Below, in pieces: positions 25,718 to 39,303 of a DNA stretch of 64,000 nucleotides. The position numbers were made by a program, and so were the translations under genes. Within the stretch, counting starts at the first letter, position 1; each line of letters opens with the position of its first letter. The notes under the pieces are model-generated. The model made no database searches, had not been told where the DNA came from, and saw only the letters and a program-made list of their open reading frames with translations. Source of the DNA: Leucoraja ocellata (Eukaryota); NCBI GenBank assembly GCA_036785375.1, contig JAWMAR010000614.1, positions 1 through 64,000 on the forward strand, written 5' to 3'.

Positions 25718-25937
25718 TCAATGGATCAGGCAGCATCTCTGGAGAAAAGGAATAGGTGAAGTTTTGGGTTCTTCAGACTGGGAACAAGATATTTATCACT
25801 CTCAATCTGAAGAAGGGTCATGACCTGAAACATCACCTATTCCTTTTCTCCAGAGATGCTGCCTGACCTGCACAATTCCTCCAGTATGTTGTGCCTATCT
25901 TTGGTGTAAACCAAAATCTGCAGTTCCTTTCTACACA
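25718..25937. mobile_element. Fold-back pair of Penelope-like terminal repeats; hammerhead core at 25807-25834 (+)
   Basis: CAGGCAGCATCTCTGGAGAAAAGGAATAGGTGA is followed about 70 nt later by its reverse complement TCACCTATTCCTTTTCTCCAGAGATGCTGCCTG. Confidence 0.85.
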
Positions 25938-26164
25938 ATTTGGAGATTTTCTTGGTTAGGAATTATGGTATTGAAAGCAGCGGTGTAGTTGATGAATAGG
26001 AATCTGACTAGTTGTTCTTGTTATCCAAATGTTCCTGGGCTAGAGAGATGGCATCTGCCATAGACCTTTGAGAGTGAAGCCATTAAATATTTTAAGGAAA
26101 AAACAAATAGTGAAAGCACAGCAAGGTAAGAAAGAAGAGAAAAAGGGCATAAAGTGTGGTAGTA

Positions 26165-26370
26165 ATCCAACGGATCAGGCAGCATCTCTGGAGAATATGG
26201 ACACGTTATGTTTCAGTTCAGGACCTTTTGCGAGACTTGAGTCTGCAAAGGATCTCGACCCGAAACGTCACATATCCATGTCCTCTAGAGATGCTGCCTG
26301 ACGTGTTGAGTTACTCCAACACTTTTAGTCCTTTTTTGTAAACTAGCATCTGCAGTACCTTGTCTCTACA
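26165..26370. mobile_element. Fold-back pair of Penelope-like terminal repeats
   Basis: TCAGGCAGCATCTCTGGAG...GACCCGAAACGTCAC...CTCTAGAGATGCTGCCTGA. Confidence 0.8.
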
Positions 26371-27959
26371 ATTAGCTTTGGAAAATGGATTCAATGTAAT
26401 TAGTTTTTGGATTATGCTAGCGAAAGTCATTTTAGCATGAATCTCAATACTGTCAGGATCAACAAAGCTCTGTAGCACCATTATTATGTGTCTTCTTTGT
26501 ACTACAGAAAATTGTTACTGAACAAAACATCTCCAAACTACACCAGATGGTTTTTCGACAGACAATCAAACTTCATCTAATGAACACATTTTAATGAGTG
26601 ACCTAAAGAAGAGAAGAGAGTTAGGGAAACAGATATACAGTATATGGGGAAGGATTTACAAAACAAGAGGTTATGGCTGCTGAAGGGCTTGACAAAACCT
26701 AAGAACAATGAGATTTAAGGATCATCAAAAGGTCAGAATAGGAGAAGAATGGGGATGAAGAAATTGGCAAAGAACATGAACGAATTGTACAAATTGGAAT
26801 ATAAGACAAGTGAGAAATGTAAAATTATGTTATTGATTCACCAAGAGTCCAAGGTTAATGTTAAAAGCTGTGACACAACATGTGGTTTAGTTGTGTGGGT
26901 AGAGCGAAGGAGGTCTGTAATAGTTGAACAATATCAATAGTATCATTAGGAGCATCAACCTATAATAGTTTTTAAGATTTTGTACAAAATGTGAGTCATT
27001 TTGCTCATTTAGCAGGCAAATTGTAACACTTTATTTGCAGTCCCTATAAAGAAAATTGATAGAAGTAAACGGTGAATTTCACTGCAGATTTTGCCATTCT
27101 CCAAGTTCTGTTAATGTCAAACATCAGTTGAAAGCTTAATAGAGATTGTGAATTAAATGTTTGAAAAGCCCAGGCATGGTGTAGAATTATTGTGATGTGT
27201 ATCGGAGTCTCCACAATATTGAACAACTTGAAGAAACTGAAACATCTTCACTGGAACTATTGTTGGAAGCACACAGAGGTTGCAAGAATACTATAACACA
27301 TGTTGCTTCATAATGTGAGGGTTCACATGCTTATTTTTGGGCCCTACTGATACTAACATGCATTATCTATTCATATGTACCAATATGTACTGGAAAGCAT
27401 TTACAATGCTTGAATTGTTTCTCTTTGCCATCTTTGTTCAGATGACCTTTGGCCTTATATATTCATTTTAAACATGGTTGGAAGGTATATTTTTCACGTT
27501 TGGTTGTTAAAGGTCAAAGCTTCATTCTATTGTAGCTGCACTCATGTTAATGTTCAGACAATATTCACACCAGCAGTTTTTGCTAACGTGTCCACATTTG
27601 TAGGGAAAGAGTAGAGCTTTGCATATTTGGCATAATTGTATGGCTCTCATATTGAAGGTTAAAGTTATATTAATGGTGGTCATCTTTGATGTTGGATGGG
27701 GTATGTTGAGACTTCATGAGAACTACTCATATGGGACGTTTTGTTATCAGGCAGATTGTGCTGCAGGAGTAGAAAATGATCCTACTGTATTTTGATTTCA
27801 ACAAGACAAATGTTTTAGCACTTTAAACAGAAACAAATATGTATTTAATATTAAGGAATGAAGAATTTGATTTCAAAATCTGCTATGGGCTTTCAAACAT
27901 TTGGAAATATTTTTTCACCCCCATCACAGTTGGTATAATGTGTATAGATTATCTGAACC

Positions 27960-28597
27960 AAATAGACAACAGACAATAGATGCAGGAGTAGGCCATTTGG
28001 TCTCTCGAGCCAGCACTGCCATTCAATGTGATCATCCACAATTAGTACCCTGATCTTGCCTTCTCCCCATATCCCTTGACTCCGCTTTCTTTAAGAACTC
28101 TGTCTCGCTCTCTCTTGAAAGCTTCCAGAGAACCAGCCTCCACCGCCCTCTGAGGCAGAACATTCCACAGACTCACAACTCTCTGTGTGAAAAAGTTTTC
28201 CCTCGTCTCCATTCTAAATGGGTTACCCCTTATTCTTAAACTATGGCCCCCAGTTCTGGACTCCCCCAACACCAGGAACATGTTTCTTGCCTCTGGCTTG
28301 TCCAACCCCTTAATAATCTTATATGTTTCAATAAGATTGCCTCTCATCCTTCTAAATTCCAGAGTATACAAGCCCAACTGCTCCATTCTATCAACACGTG
28401 ACAGTCCCACCATCCAAGTCCCACCATCCTCAAGTTGGGAGACCAAACTGCAAACAATACTCCAGGTGTGGTCTCACTAGGGCCCTGTACAACTGCAGAA
28501 GGACCTCTTTGCTCCTGTACTCAACTCATCTTGTTATGAAGGCCAACATGCCATTTGCTTTCTTCACTGCATGCTGTACCTGCATGCTTACTTTCAA
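27960..28597 (-). mobile_element. Young CR1-type LINE 3' fragment, same subfamily as 24493-25130
   Basis: ORF 28042-28446(-) reads LGLYTLEFRRMRGNLIETYKII...FFTQRVVSLWN; (CAATAGA)n tail. Confidence 0.93.
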
Positions 28598-29597
28598 ATA
28601 GATTATATATATATTTTATATATATATAAAATAAACAGGTAATAACCTCCCCAGCAACAAATTTAAAAAAAAATTGATGTTGGTTAATATCAGACAATAT
28701 AGCTATGAAATAATAAACTTTAGAGAAATTGAAAATATCAGAAATTGAATGTAGCCTTCATCGTTATTGTGATTCCAACACGCGATGGTGCATTATAAAT
28801 AAATTCACGTTGGAAATTAATTGCACCCATTACTTTACTTACAATTTACTGTTTGTTATACAAATGTTTTCCCATTTTGCATCCCTCTTACGGCAGATTA
28901 AATTTGTTTGAAATTAGGGAGATTTCGTTGCAGGAAAATATATGTGACTTCATTATTTTGGAATTAAATAAAGTGCTAGCCAACCGAGGAAAGGGTGCAG
29001 CTAATACTTAATTGTAAAATATAAAATGGCTGTTTCCAAAGTGGGGTTAACGAGATGGTCAAGAGTCATTGTGCCGTATTTTGTGTGGGAATAGCTGCCT
29101 GGCACTTTTTAAGGTAATTTACTTAACAGGAAATGAGTTGGTCCCAGAAGAGAGAGCAAACGAGCAGAGTTAAAGTAGCCAGCGTGATAAATGACGCTTT
29201 CATTTAGGGATCTCTAGAGCTCGTTTAAGTCTAATTTTCCGTATTAGCCCCTGTTGAGCTATTAATATAGTACTCAGGGACCGTGGCTTCTGTCTGGGCA
29301 GAGACATTACAGCTAACATTAAGGCACACTCTTGGTTTCAGTGTGGAGATAATAGAAGGTGTTTAAAATGTTTTTTTCACTGATACAGATTGACACTGCG
29401 ATGTAAATATGATTTGCAGGGTCTGGCAATAAAAAGATAATGGGAACGTTGCGCGACTTGAATCGATTATAACTGACGAAACTTACAGAAATAGTTGTTA
29501 AAATGCTTTTATTTGATCATCCAGTGGACGTTTCTGAAAGTGAATTGTATTAAGACTTGATGTTTGTAGTTTTACACTTGGTCTATAGGTTATGGGG

Positions 29598-29637
<40 letters not shown>

Positions 29638-31747
29638 GCAGAATGTTGTGTTACATGTAGAATTATTGCTTGTTAAATCTGTATTCCATTTTCACTCAAA
29701 ACGGAGAAAGCCGTTCCTTGGAAACTCTTAAATGTTATTTTAGTCAACACTTCTAGCTGCATCAGTAGAACTATACGCTTGCCCATTCCCGGATATGCAT
29801 GTGTCCTTGTAATCCCAGTATATCTTAATTGTACAAAGCCAACTCCAGATATACTGTACTTGAGGGTAAATAAATCCTGACAATTACTCACAAGATATGT
29901 CTGGGTGAGGATTGCTATCGAATAGAAACGAACGACATTGCATAATGTGTTGTTAGTAGTTAGAATATGTGTGGGTAAAATTCGCGCCTTTGTGGCATTA
30001 AATGATCAGTCATTCGTGGTTATTATCATTATTACATTAACTCCATAACGATTGCATATACACTTGCAGCATATTTACACATTGCATTACGAAATCACAC
30101 TGACGGAGTGCAAGCTGAACATTCTGAACACGTAAAGAACTGAAGGCTTCAAGCTGCGTTTTGGTCATGGTCCATTGCTTTGCGATTTCTTCTAGTCGTT
30201 TGAACGCTATCAAGTTTGTTGTCGAATTACGTTTCAAAGCACAATCTGTTCATAATTATTAACAAATGAAGCAAATATTATTTTCCATATTGATGATCTG
30301 TAAGAGAAATTAACGTGACAACGTGCCTTAGAGATACTCGAAAACTAAATTAGCAAAGTGATATTACAAGACTAATAAATATGATTGAAGGCACTTAACC
30401 GAACCAGTGTAGTAGTGGTTTATGATTCATTTCAGTGTGTAAATCATTAGCGAGGGTATTTATAAAATGTCAGTGTATGTACCAATGCGTTTATTGGGTT
30501 TTATTTTGCTTCCGAAAAATATAATTATAATAAACAAGCAATCAGAGACGAACAGATTAATAGGTTGTAGTTTCTTATTTATGCCTTAAGTGGGAATATT
30601 TACATTCCAATATATGAATATCTATTTCTGCAGATTGTTGTGTTGATCAAGTTAAGAGCATTATAATTCCGAGTTAATTCTCCCCAAAAGTCCTAAACCT
30701 GATATTTGACAGGGCCTACACCAATCTGCAGACTGTGGGCAATTATTCTTGCTTTTATTACCAGGATAACCTACTGGGAGCACATACGCTACCATACATA
30801 TTTATAAAAGTTAAAGAGAAATGTAAAAGATAAAACGTAAAGGTAAAGATAAATTAAGAAATGTCCTGGGATTTATGATTTTTCTTCCTCTAGTAAAAAA
30901 AATATAACTTTTTTTATGTTTAAGAATCTATAGTTAATAGTCTTCCTGTATTTACTTCAAACAAAATAAAACTACTGGTATTTAACTAGGCCGATTTCCT
31001 GTGCCGTGGTCACTGACAAGTGTTTATCCCTCTTTTCATGTGGCGAGGATAGGAGGATGGGTGAAAGTGAATTCAGAATGGCAACCTTTATCAAGTGAGT
31101 GGATGTATGCCATACCTCATTGCAACACTATAATCTAATGGTACTGAGTGCGATTTTACAATAAATATCCATTGTTGAAAGTATATTTTGAACGATTGTG
31201 GGTCAACCATGGAGTTAACTCACGCCGAAAGCCAGGTGTAGATATTTCATTAAAAGTTCGTCATGCTGCAGATATGTTGGTCCTCAATTAACAGTAGCAA
31301 ATGTCAAAAAGCCGTACGGAAGTTCTAATTAGCTCTAGTGATCACCATAGAACACATCCGCACCATATATACAAACACAGACAGTAGGATTAATCGAAAA
31401 AAACGAGGAAACAAAAATCAAGAGTTTAAATTTGAACCAAGATATTATTAATTGAGTTATGGGTGTTAGCAGCACCATTTCTGGATCATCGACCACAATT
31501 CAATATTCTTTGGAAACAGACCAAGTCGAGTCCAGCTGGGTTTCATCAAAACGCTTACCGATCTGTCTGGAAGGATAGCCCTCACAAAGAGCAAAAAAGT
31601 ATTTTACCTCAAGTGGAAATTGATACGTGGCTTGGCGTGAGAATCATGGATTTGCAGCAGAATTCATAGCACACTGTGCCTTATGATCATTGGGAAATAA
31701 ATCACTGTTGTGGCTAAATATCGAAACAGAGCAAATTCACTCTTATA

Positions 31748-31945
31748 AATGTAGAAGCGAGGAACTGCAGATATTGGCTAACTCAAAATGACACAGAGTG
31801 CTGGAGTAACTCGGCGGATCAGGCAGCATCCAGGGAGAACATAGATAGGTGACGTTTCTGATCGGTACCGGACGCAAAATGCCACCTATCCACATTCTCT
31901 AGAGATGCTGCCTGACCGTTGAGTAACTCAAACACGTTGTGTCCC
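31748..31945. mobile_element. Fold-back pair of Penelope-like terminal repeats
   Basis: GGAACTGCAGAT...GCTGGAGTAACTC...CAGGCAGCATC...GGTGACGTTTC, then CACCTATCC...GAGATGCTGCCTGACC. Confidence 0.8.
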
Positions 31946-33819
31946 ATTTCACTGTTAGAAATTCAGTTCTCATTAAAAAACATTTGAGTGGGCTACGGGG
32001 AGCAGAATATGGGATAAATATCTAGATGGAAGTTAGGAGATCAGTAATTAAAATCGTTAATTCATTGTAAATAGATGATTTAGAAATCCGATATTCTAAA
32101 CCATTTAATCCCATGGAATACATGTCCCATGTTACTTATGAGGGTATCTTCAGTTAATATCTTCAGTGAATATCTTCAGTGAATATCTTCTGAAATTCAC
32201 AATTACAAATTCCCAATCTGAATTACTCTGACATCACCATGCAGCTGCGTATTTGAATTCGCTTGCTTTATACTGATGGGATGTAACAACTCTTCAACCC
32301 AACCCCATCGTCGTGACTATAATGGGCAGAGCAGGAGAAATGACAGCTAGCTCCGAAGCCAATCGTCACTATTTGAATCATTTGGATGAGAACTGATGGC
32401 AAGGTTTTATGCAAATCAACTGAAATATAGTGAAAGACTAGCACCAGAGTCGACACTTTCGTCCATGTGTACAATGGCTATTGATTAAACCATTTAAGCC
32501 TCACATTTTTATTGGATAAAAGAGCGTTCGTTCTTATATTGAAAAAAAATCAGGCTTACGCATCATTTAGATTGCAAGACGGCAAATTCGTTTAATGCTG
32601 CAGCTTCCTTAGAGGTTATAAACCTGAACTATTTGAGGAGTAAAGGCCTCAGGTTTCAATATCTGGAGGCAGTAGGGATCTTAGACTGATTCGGATTCAG
32701 ATTATTACAATAGACACAAGGATGCAATAAAATCCCTTGCTCACACGAAGCTCGTAGAGTAAACAGGATAGGGCACGGAAAGATACAAGCATAAAGGTAC
32801 AAATACGATAAATATCCCCACTCTCCGGCGCCATTATTTCCCCCACTAAGCCTTTGAGCTGGCTGCTCCAAGCTTCAGAGCTTCCTTTGGCACGAACTCC
32901 TGCAGTCTGGAATGTGATGTTGAGACGTCTAAAATCTTTATATTTTACCCCAAAACATTTACAGGGCTGGTGTTAGCATTTCATTGCACATCGGTAGCAA
33001 GCACACCACAGAGGTGACGACAACAATGTTAAGGTCGTCACTATTTTCTATCCGCTGTTATTGTTTTAATTTGGATCATTCCCAAGTTATGAAAACAATA
33101 CATGTGGAATGTCACCATATGTCATAGTTTCTGTCTACAATTACGAATACTTTTCAACATTGAGTGATACTTTGATTTTCTTGTCCGATCAAACAATCAT
33201 TTGGGACTGCTTCAGTACTATTAGATAATGAAAAAGCAGCAACAAGGAACCGGGATTAGGAACAATTACGTTAACCAAAACGTGCGTTATTGTTTAATTT
33301 TGTGAGATACCACGAATTATTGGACAATACACACGTAAAGTGATAGAATTTTGGATTATTAATAATTAATAACGTAGCACCCCCTACCTCCACCACCTAT
33401 ACTCCCCGCACCCCCCCCCCCCCCACACACACACACACCACCGCCCCCATAAAATCAACCCGCTCTTGTATATTGTGCAAACGATTCCGTTGCATTTCAT
33501 TCCAGGAAGCAGCAGGGTTGCCTGGCCAACTTAACTTCTGGGAAGAACTTTAAATCATAGTGAGGGCTTTCAGTTACTTTGCTTTGAAAACATCTATTGT
33601 TTGAACCAGTTTTTGCTTCCCAACCCGGAGACTCGTTCTGAGATCATCTTTAGATTTCATTTCAGGTTTGCCTGATTTTTTAAATAAAGTATCCCTCCCC
33701 CCCCACCCCCCACCCCCTTCTAAATGGGTTAGAAGCTATTATGTTCCGACCCTAACATCAGAGTTAGATGGTAGTGGGAACTATTTCAATACAGGTGTCA
33801 TTGATTTTGTGTTAATCAT

Positions 33820-34235
33820 TGGATCATACCGCCACAGAGCACAGAAACAGGCCCTTCAGTCCAATTCGTCCATGCTGAGCACGGTGCCCCATCTTAGCTA
33901 GTACAATTCCCCCTCTTTTTGCCGTGTACTTCCAAACCACTCCAATCCACGAAGCTGTCCAAAAGTCTTTTAAATAGATTTTTTGAAATTGTTGTTATTT
34001 CTTAGATAGAAACATAGAAACATAGAAAATAGGTGCAGGAGGAGGCCATTCGGTCATTCGAGCCAGCATCGCCATTCATTGTGATCCTGGTTGATCGTCC
34101 CCACTCAATAACCCGCGCCTGCCTTCTCCCCATGTCCCTTGACTGGAGCTCTATCTAACTCTCTCTTAAATCCATCCATTGATTTGGCCTCCACTGCCCT
34201 CTGTGGCAGGGAATGCCACAAATTCACAACTTCTT
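33820..34235 (-). mobile_element. Two CR1-type 3' fragments (about 33820-33970 and 34005-34235)
   Basis: ACAGAAACAGGCCCTTCAGTCCA and (TAGAAACA)n-AATAGGTGCAGGAGGAGGCCATTCGG, the reverse of the tail at 22560-22613. Confidence 0.8.
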
Positions 34236-34534
34236 AATTCACAAATTCTTAAATGTTGTTATTTGACGACGTGAGTCTTTCAATACTGCACTTTCAGATA
34301 GTTTCAGCATTCCGAAAATTATCAATAGAGCTCCTTTATCTGCATTGCTTTTCCGTAAAACGCCCAAGCGTTCCAAAAGGCTTAAAAATAGGTCCAATTG
34401 AACGGGTCCAAACATGTGCGCCACCTGTAGCGTGAGGTGTTATTTATTTATTTGTTTTTGCGTTCACCAGCCCATAGTGCCTGCACCTACGGTAATGCAG
34501 TGCTAACATTTGTCATTGTGTAATTTTCTTGCAG

Positions 34535-34751
34535 TCCCACTTCCACAGAAGAATATCACATCCTTGATGATGAACAAAGACAATCTACTTGGCGGAATTG
34601 CTAATCACAATGAGGTGTTCTGCTCTGTGCCGGGCCGCCTGTCCCTCCTTAGTTCCACATCCAAGTACAAGGTGACTGTGGGAGAAGTCCAGAGACGCCT
34701 GTCCCCACCAGAATGCCTGAACGCCTCGCTGCTGGGAGGAGTGCTGAGAAG
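34535..34751 (+). CDS. TFAP2B: TFAP2B exon 4 (start of the AP-2 DNA-binding domain)
   Basis: Branch-point-like TGCTAAC at 34501, acceptor ttcttgcag|TC. Reads [16 protein letters not shown]...[47 protein letters not shown]. Donor AG|gtaggt. Confidence 0.97.
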
Positions 34752-35313
34752 GTAGGTCGTCAACATAAGATATCAATCATTCAAACTAAACCAACGTGGA
34801 AACTATTGAACAATAAAACATGACCATTGTTAAAGCGCAAAGTGCATTGTTTGTCATTGTCTTTACCCCCCCCCCCCCCCCCCCACAACAGTAGTCCGCC
34901 TACCCACCCAGCTACATCTACAGCCATGAGCGAATCTCACAGATTGTTGCTCCACATTGTGACCTTTCAATTAATATTTCTAAATCCATCCCTCTGCGAG
35001 TTTGTCTCGCAGGAATTCAGTGCATTTTAATAACCATGAAAACGCAAACATACAAGCCATTGGTCATACAAGAATGGATGACAACTGCATTCTTGCGTGG
35101 CTATTGGTTCTTTTAATGTGACAACCACAATGTCGGTCTCGCCCCCATATTAAGAAGTGTAGAAACAGCCACAACCGCCCCCTTTCTGTCCGCGTCCTAT
35201 GCATCATGGCAGGAGAATGCAGACAGGAGTTTTACAACTAATCACCGGGTGCATTTATGAAATCGGTTTAATGTTCTCCAGAATAAACTCTAAAAGAGTA
35301 GAAGTGACTTTAT

Positions 35314-35395
35314 ACTGCCAACCCTTAACGGCCCCAAGAAACTCACTCCAATACACTGCCAACCCTTAGCGGTCCCAAGAAACTCACTCCAATAC
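35314..35395. repeat. 41-bp tandem duplication in intron 4
   Basis: ACTGCCAACCCTTA(A/G)CGG(C/T)CCCAAGAAACTCACTCCAATAC, two copies with two differences. Confidence 0.92.
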
Positions 35396-35943
35396 TTTCT
35401 CTTCTCTAGGTCAGTGAGTGGGTGAAAGCAATACATCCCCGGATAAGCCATTAAGCTACAATTAAGCTACAACTTATTTCAGCTACCACTGTTGGACTGG
35501 TTATCTATGGATAGGGTCGTGGTAGATTTTACTCCCAACCACGTGTCTTCACATAATATAAGTTTACTTCTAGCTACCTCAAGTTGAGCAAGAAATATTA
35601 TTTTTATTTTCGAGAATTAAAGGGATCGGGACATTAAGCATGCCGCATCCAATTGATAGCGTGCGTCAGTCTATAGTAGGCTGACATCATAATTCCTGAC
35701 TTTAGTACACCTTGGGGACTTCTCCTCGATTACGGGGGTCACTCTACGCCTCGAATGCATCCAACTCACAAGAATACAGCAGCTCGGTTTCATCTTTGGG
35801 AACATGAACATTTCAATAAACGTCCATGGGAACCTTGTGGAATGGCGGTGTTCAAAGATATTCTTAAAATAAAATATGGAACATATGAAATCATATGGCT
35901 TCATATTGAAGAGGAAAGTCAAAACGGGGCACTTGATGTGTAG

Positions 35944-36117
<174 letters not shown>

Positions 36118-36565
36118 TGATGATATTGACAGTTTAAATACATATTTTATGTATTATATGCTTAACATCGAGAAACAAAAACTTTGTTTTGCAATGGCAC
36201 GAAGAAGGAAATTGCGATAGGAGGTGTATGGTTAAATATTTATATAATATCACGTTGACGGGGTTCAATGGCATCACATTATGTTGGGTTGTGCCTGTCC
36301 GTTTAGCCGTTCTTTGTGGTAAAAAAACACTGACCACACTATCAAAATTATGCTACTTTTCATGATTGTTCGCCATTGAGTTTTCAAGATAAATTACATT
36401 AATTATGTAATTAAAGTACCGATGTTCTTTGTGCATAAATAATAATACTAAATATTCTAAATGCATTTATCCCATAGCCTTAAGGAGTCTTGGCTAACCT
36501 TCATGAATAATTCATAATTGCATTCACATTTTCATATGTAACAACACTTTTACTAAGTTAGTTAC

Positions 36566-36803
36566 NNNNNNNNNNNNNNNNNNNNNNNNNNNNNNNNNNN
36601 NNNNNNNNNNNNNNNNNNNNNNNNNNNNNNNNNNNNNNNNNNNNNNNNNNNNNNNNNNNNNNNNNNNNNNNNNNNNNNNNNNNNNNNNNNNNNNNNNNNN
36701 NNNNNNNNNNNNNNNNNNNNNNNNNNNNNNNNNNNNNNNNNNNNNNNNNNNNNNNNNNNNNNNNNNNNNNNNNNNNNNNNNNNNNNNNNNNNNNNNNNNN
36801 NNN
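36566..36803. other. Assembly gap (238 N) in intron 5
   Basis: Run of N. Confidence 1.
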
Positions 36804-38932
36804 GTCATCTCTTTTTTCACACACGTACACACGCACACACACACATTTGTTTCTGTGCACAACCAAGGTGTTTTATTCGTGTACCTGTTACTACTCACTC
36901 ATTACCACTCGATAGCTGCATCAGAGACAGGCAGACGTCTATTATAAACAGGATTACCTGCATACACGTACATATATGGGGGAGAATGAAAAGGGAGATA
37001 TTTTACAACACATCTTAAAACCACGATACTAAAACAAAACATGTTAAACCGAGCGTTATCTTTCTTGCATGGGTCACCTTTTAATCACTTAAATTTTACT
37101 GGGCTTTCTAACTTCAGTTCTTCTAACACTATTTTTTTAGAAGATGTAACAGAATTTGTCAAGTTGCCCTTCATGGATATTATATATTTTTTAATGGTAA
37201 TGCTCTTATTAACGGGTAAATTGTTTTAAAAAGTCAGAAGATAATTAGATTGATCATTAGCAGTACAGTATTCTGGTTGAATTCTTTAATGCTAATGTTA
37301 ATTTCATGTGCAGCGTCGAAGCTATCGCCTGCAAAGTACTTTGAAAAGATTCAGTGCTGGAGGGATGAAGCATTATCTACTTGAATCCCCCCAGAGCTTG
37401 GCTTTTGTAGTGTTACCCAGCTTTCACTGCTCTCTGAAACATCAGCATCAGGCGGGAAGGTTGATGACATGGAACTCCCTGCAGGGTGTTCTCAATAAAC
37501 ACACATACACATTCACAATAGCTATATAGGGAATAGGTATTTTCGAACTGCTTTATGCTATTTAAACTGTATTTTAAAATCTCTCCTTTTCTTTCACTCT
37601 CTTCATACATGTATGTATATGATGAGTCGGAGGGTACTTATTAGTTTTCAGCAATCTAATTGTTCTTGCGAGGATTTAGCCTTTTTTAGTTGTTCCTAGT
37701 TGACCTTATAAGTGTATTGCTTTATATGAATGTATCTGGCTTATTGCCTTCCAGGTTTTCAAACATAATAGGTAGCATTTAATTACTTTTGACAATGTCG
37801 TTTACACCAAAATGATGTGATGTTTTAAATGGTAGTAATTCACCAGAATTTTGTGTGGGCAATATTGTAAATGTTGTGGGAAAGCGCATCTTGTAGGAGA
37901 CATTCGGAACGATAGATGGGTTGCATTATCTTTCTACATTCTGAAGTTGATAAATAAAGCGTATTATAATTATTATCTCATGATTGCAGATGAGACTTTG
38001 CAGATTAATTGTGAATGTTCCCTTTTAACTTCTATAGTTGTGGTGTGGCGAGTATTTCATATGTATATCCCGCCTAATAACCAAATGAAAATATGCAGGT
38101 CACCAAGTAATGCCACTGCTGACATTTTGTAAAGTCGCCAGTAAATTTTAATGTTTTATTTCAGATATTTACAAGGTCTTTTTTTGAGAACATGCATCCT
38201 GTAACTATTGTTTACTGTTTCTCGATAGTTTTATTTTTAGTTTTGGTTGCTATGTTTATAAGCAAGGATCAAACAAAAAATCGATTTAAATCTGGGAATG
38301 CTTATTCTTCGGACACATACCACCGAGTGTGTGCATGTGATGTCTTCGCATCCAATCTCACCCATTTTCTCTACCTTTCCACACACAGTTGATATAAATG
38401 TTTCATTGTCTGTTCCTTCGTGACAAGCGACCTATTACAGTAACCGAGTATTTAATTCACATACTAAATGAAGAACTTAACTCCACACCCGAGGGAAATA
38501 ACAAGCCCCTTAACCGGAATGACTCGTCATTACTTGTTTAAATACGCTATGTAACGTTGGAACTTCAGAATTTGGAAGAATTTGCATAGTATACATGTTT
38601 CAAATAACTTTTTTCTCCTCTTCACAACGCCCTTCCTCATTTCCACGGTCGCCAACGGGGATTATTTAAAATATTGCATCTCGTGGGAGCATTTCGTGGA
38701 TGTCAGAGTTTATCCTTATGAACAACGCGTAAAAGTCGAGAACCCAGCCTAATTCCCCATACGAGATCACGCTTAGACTCTCAAGGAGAGAACACCAGAA
38801 CGTATTGGGAGATGGTGCAAGGCTTTCATATTGAATAGCACAACCTCCAAATAGAAACGGATTATTATCCACCGACAACGAGCAACTGAGTAGTTCTGAA
38901 TAATATTGAAAGGGGGAAATCTATAAATATCT

Positions 38933-38997
38933 CTGACCCGAAACGTCACCCATTCCTTCACTCCAGAGATGCTGCCTGTCCCGCTGAGTTACTCCAA
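38933..38997 (+). mobile_element. Truncated Penelope-like terminal-repeat fragment
   Basis: GACCCGAAACGTCACCCATTCC...GAGATGCTGCCTGTCCCGCTGAGTTACTCCA. A more degenerate copy lies at about 40285-40380. Confidence 0.8.
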
Positions 38998-39161
38998 ATA
39001 TCTCAAATATTATAGAATTATTGTTTCGGCTCCACTCTACTGTTTTTGCTTCACTTTTATCTCACTGGCGAATATGAGTGTCGGTATTGATGTGCATTAA
39101 GAAGTCGCAAACTCGCCTGCTTCTATGTGAAAACAATTAAGAATTTGGTCTTATCTTCCAG

Positions 39162-39303
39162 GAGAGGCCGTGCATTTAGCTCGGGATTTCGGGTATATCT
39201 GTGAGACGGAATTCCCAGCCAAAGCTGCAGCTGACTATTTGAACAGGCAGCACACAGACCCTAGCGAGCTGCACTCCAGAAAGAACATGATACTGGCCAC
39301 AAA
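39162..39303 (+). CDS. TFAP2B: TFAP2B exon 6 (helix-span-helix, first part)
   Basis: Acceptor cttccag|GA. Reads [48 protein letters not shown]. Donor AA|gtgagt. 142 nt. Confidence 0.97.

Larger units (their letters stand above)
23680..26070 (-). mobile_element. Old Rex1/Babar- or L2-like LINE, fragmented by younger insertions
   Basis: TTTATTATTGTCACATGTACC tail and GTCACCTGCAAAC at about 25492 (reverse of an FADD-like RT motif). Host continuity is visible across 24392/25131. Confidence 0.6.

Noticed and set aside
34471-34491. Possible 21-nt in-frame micro-exon (accag|CCCATAGTGCCTGCACCTACG|gtaatg) just before exon 4
   Set aside because: The following intron would be only 43 nt, too short for typical vertebrate splicing. 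Read-through from this acceptor hits TAA before exon 4.
36524-36898. ORFs spanning N runs (also 62781-63195)
   Set aside because: Artefacts of assembly gaps. No coding exon is missing across the first gap, since exons 5 and 6 join in phase.
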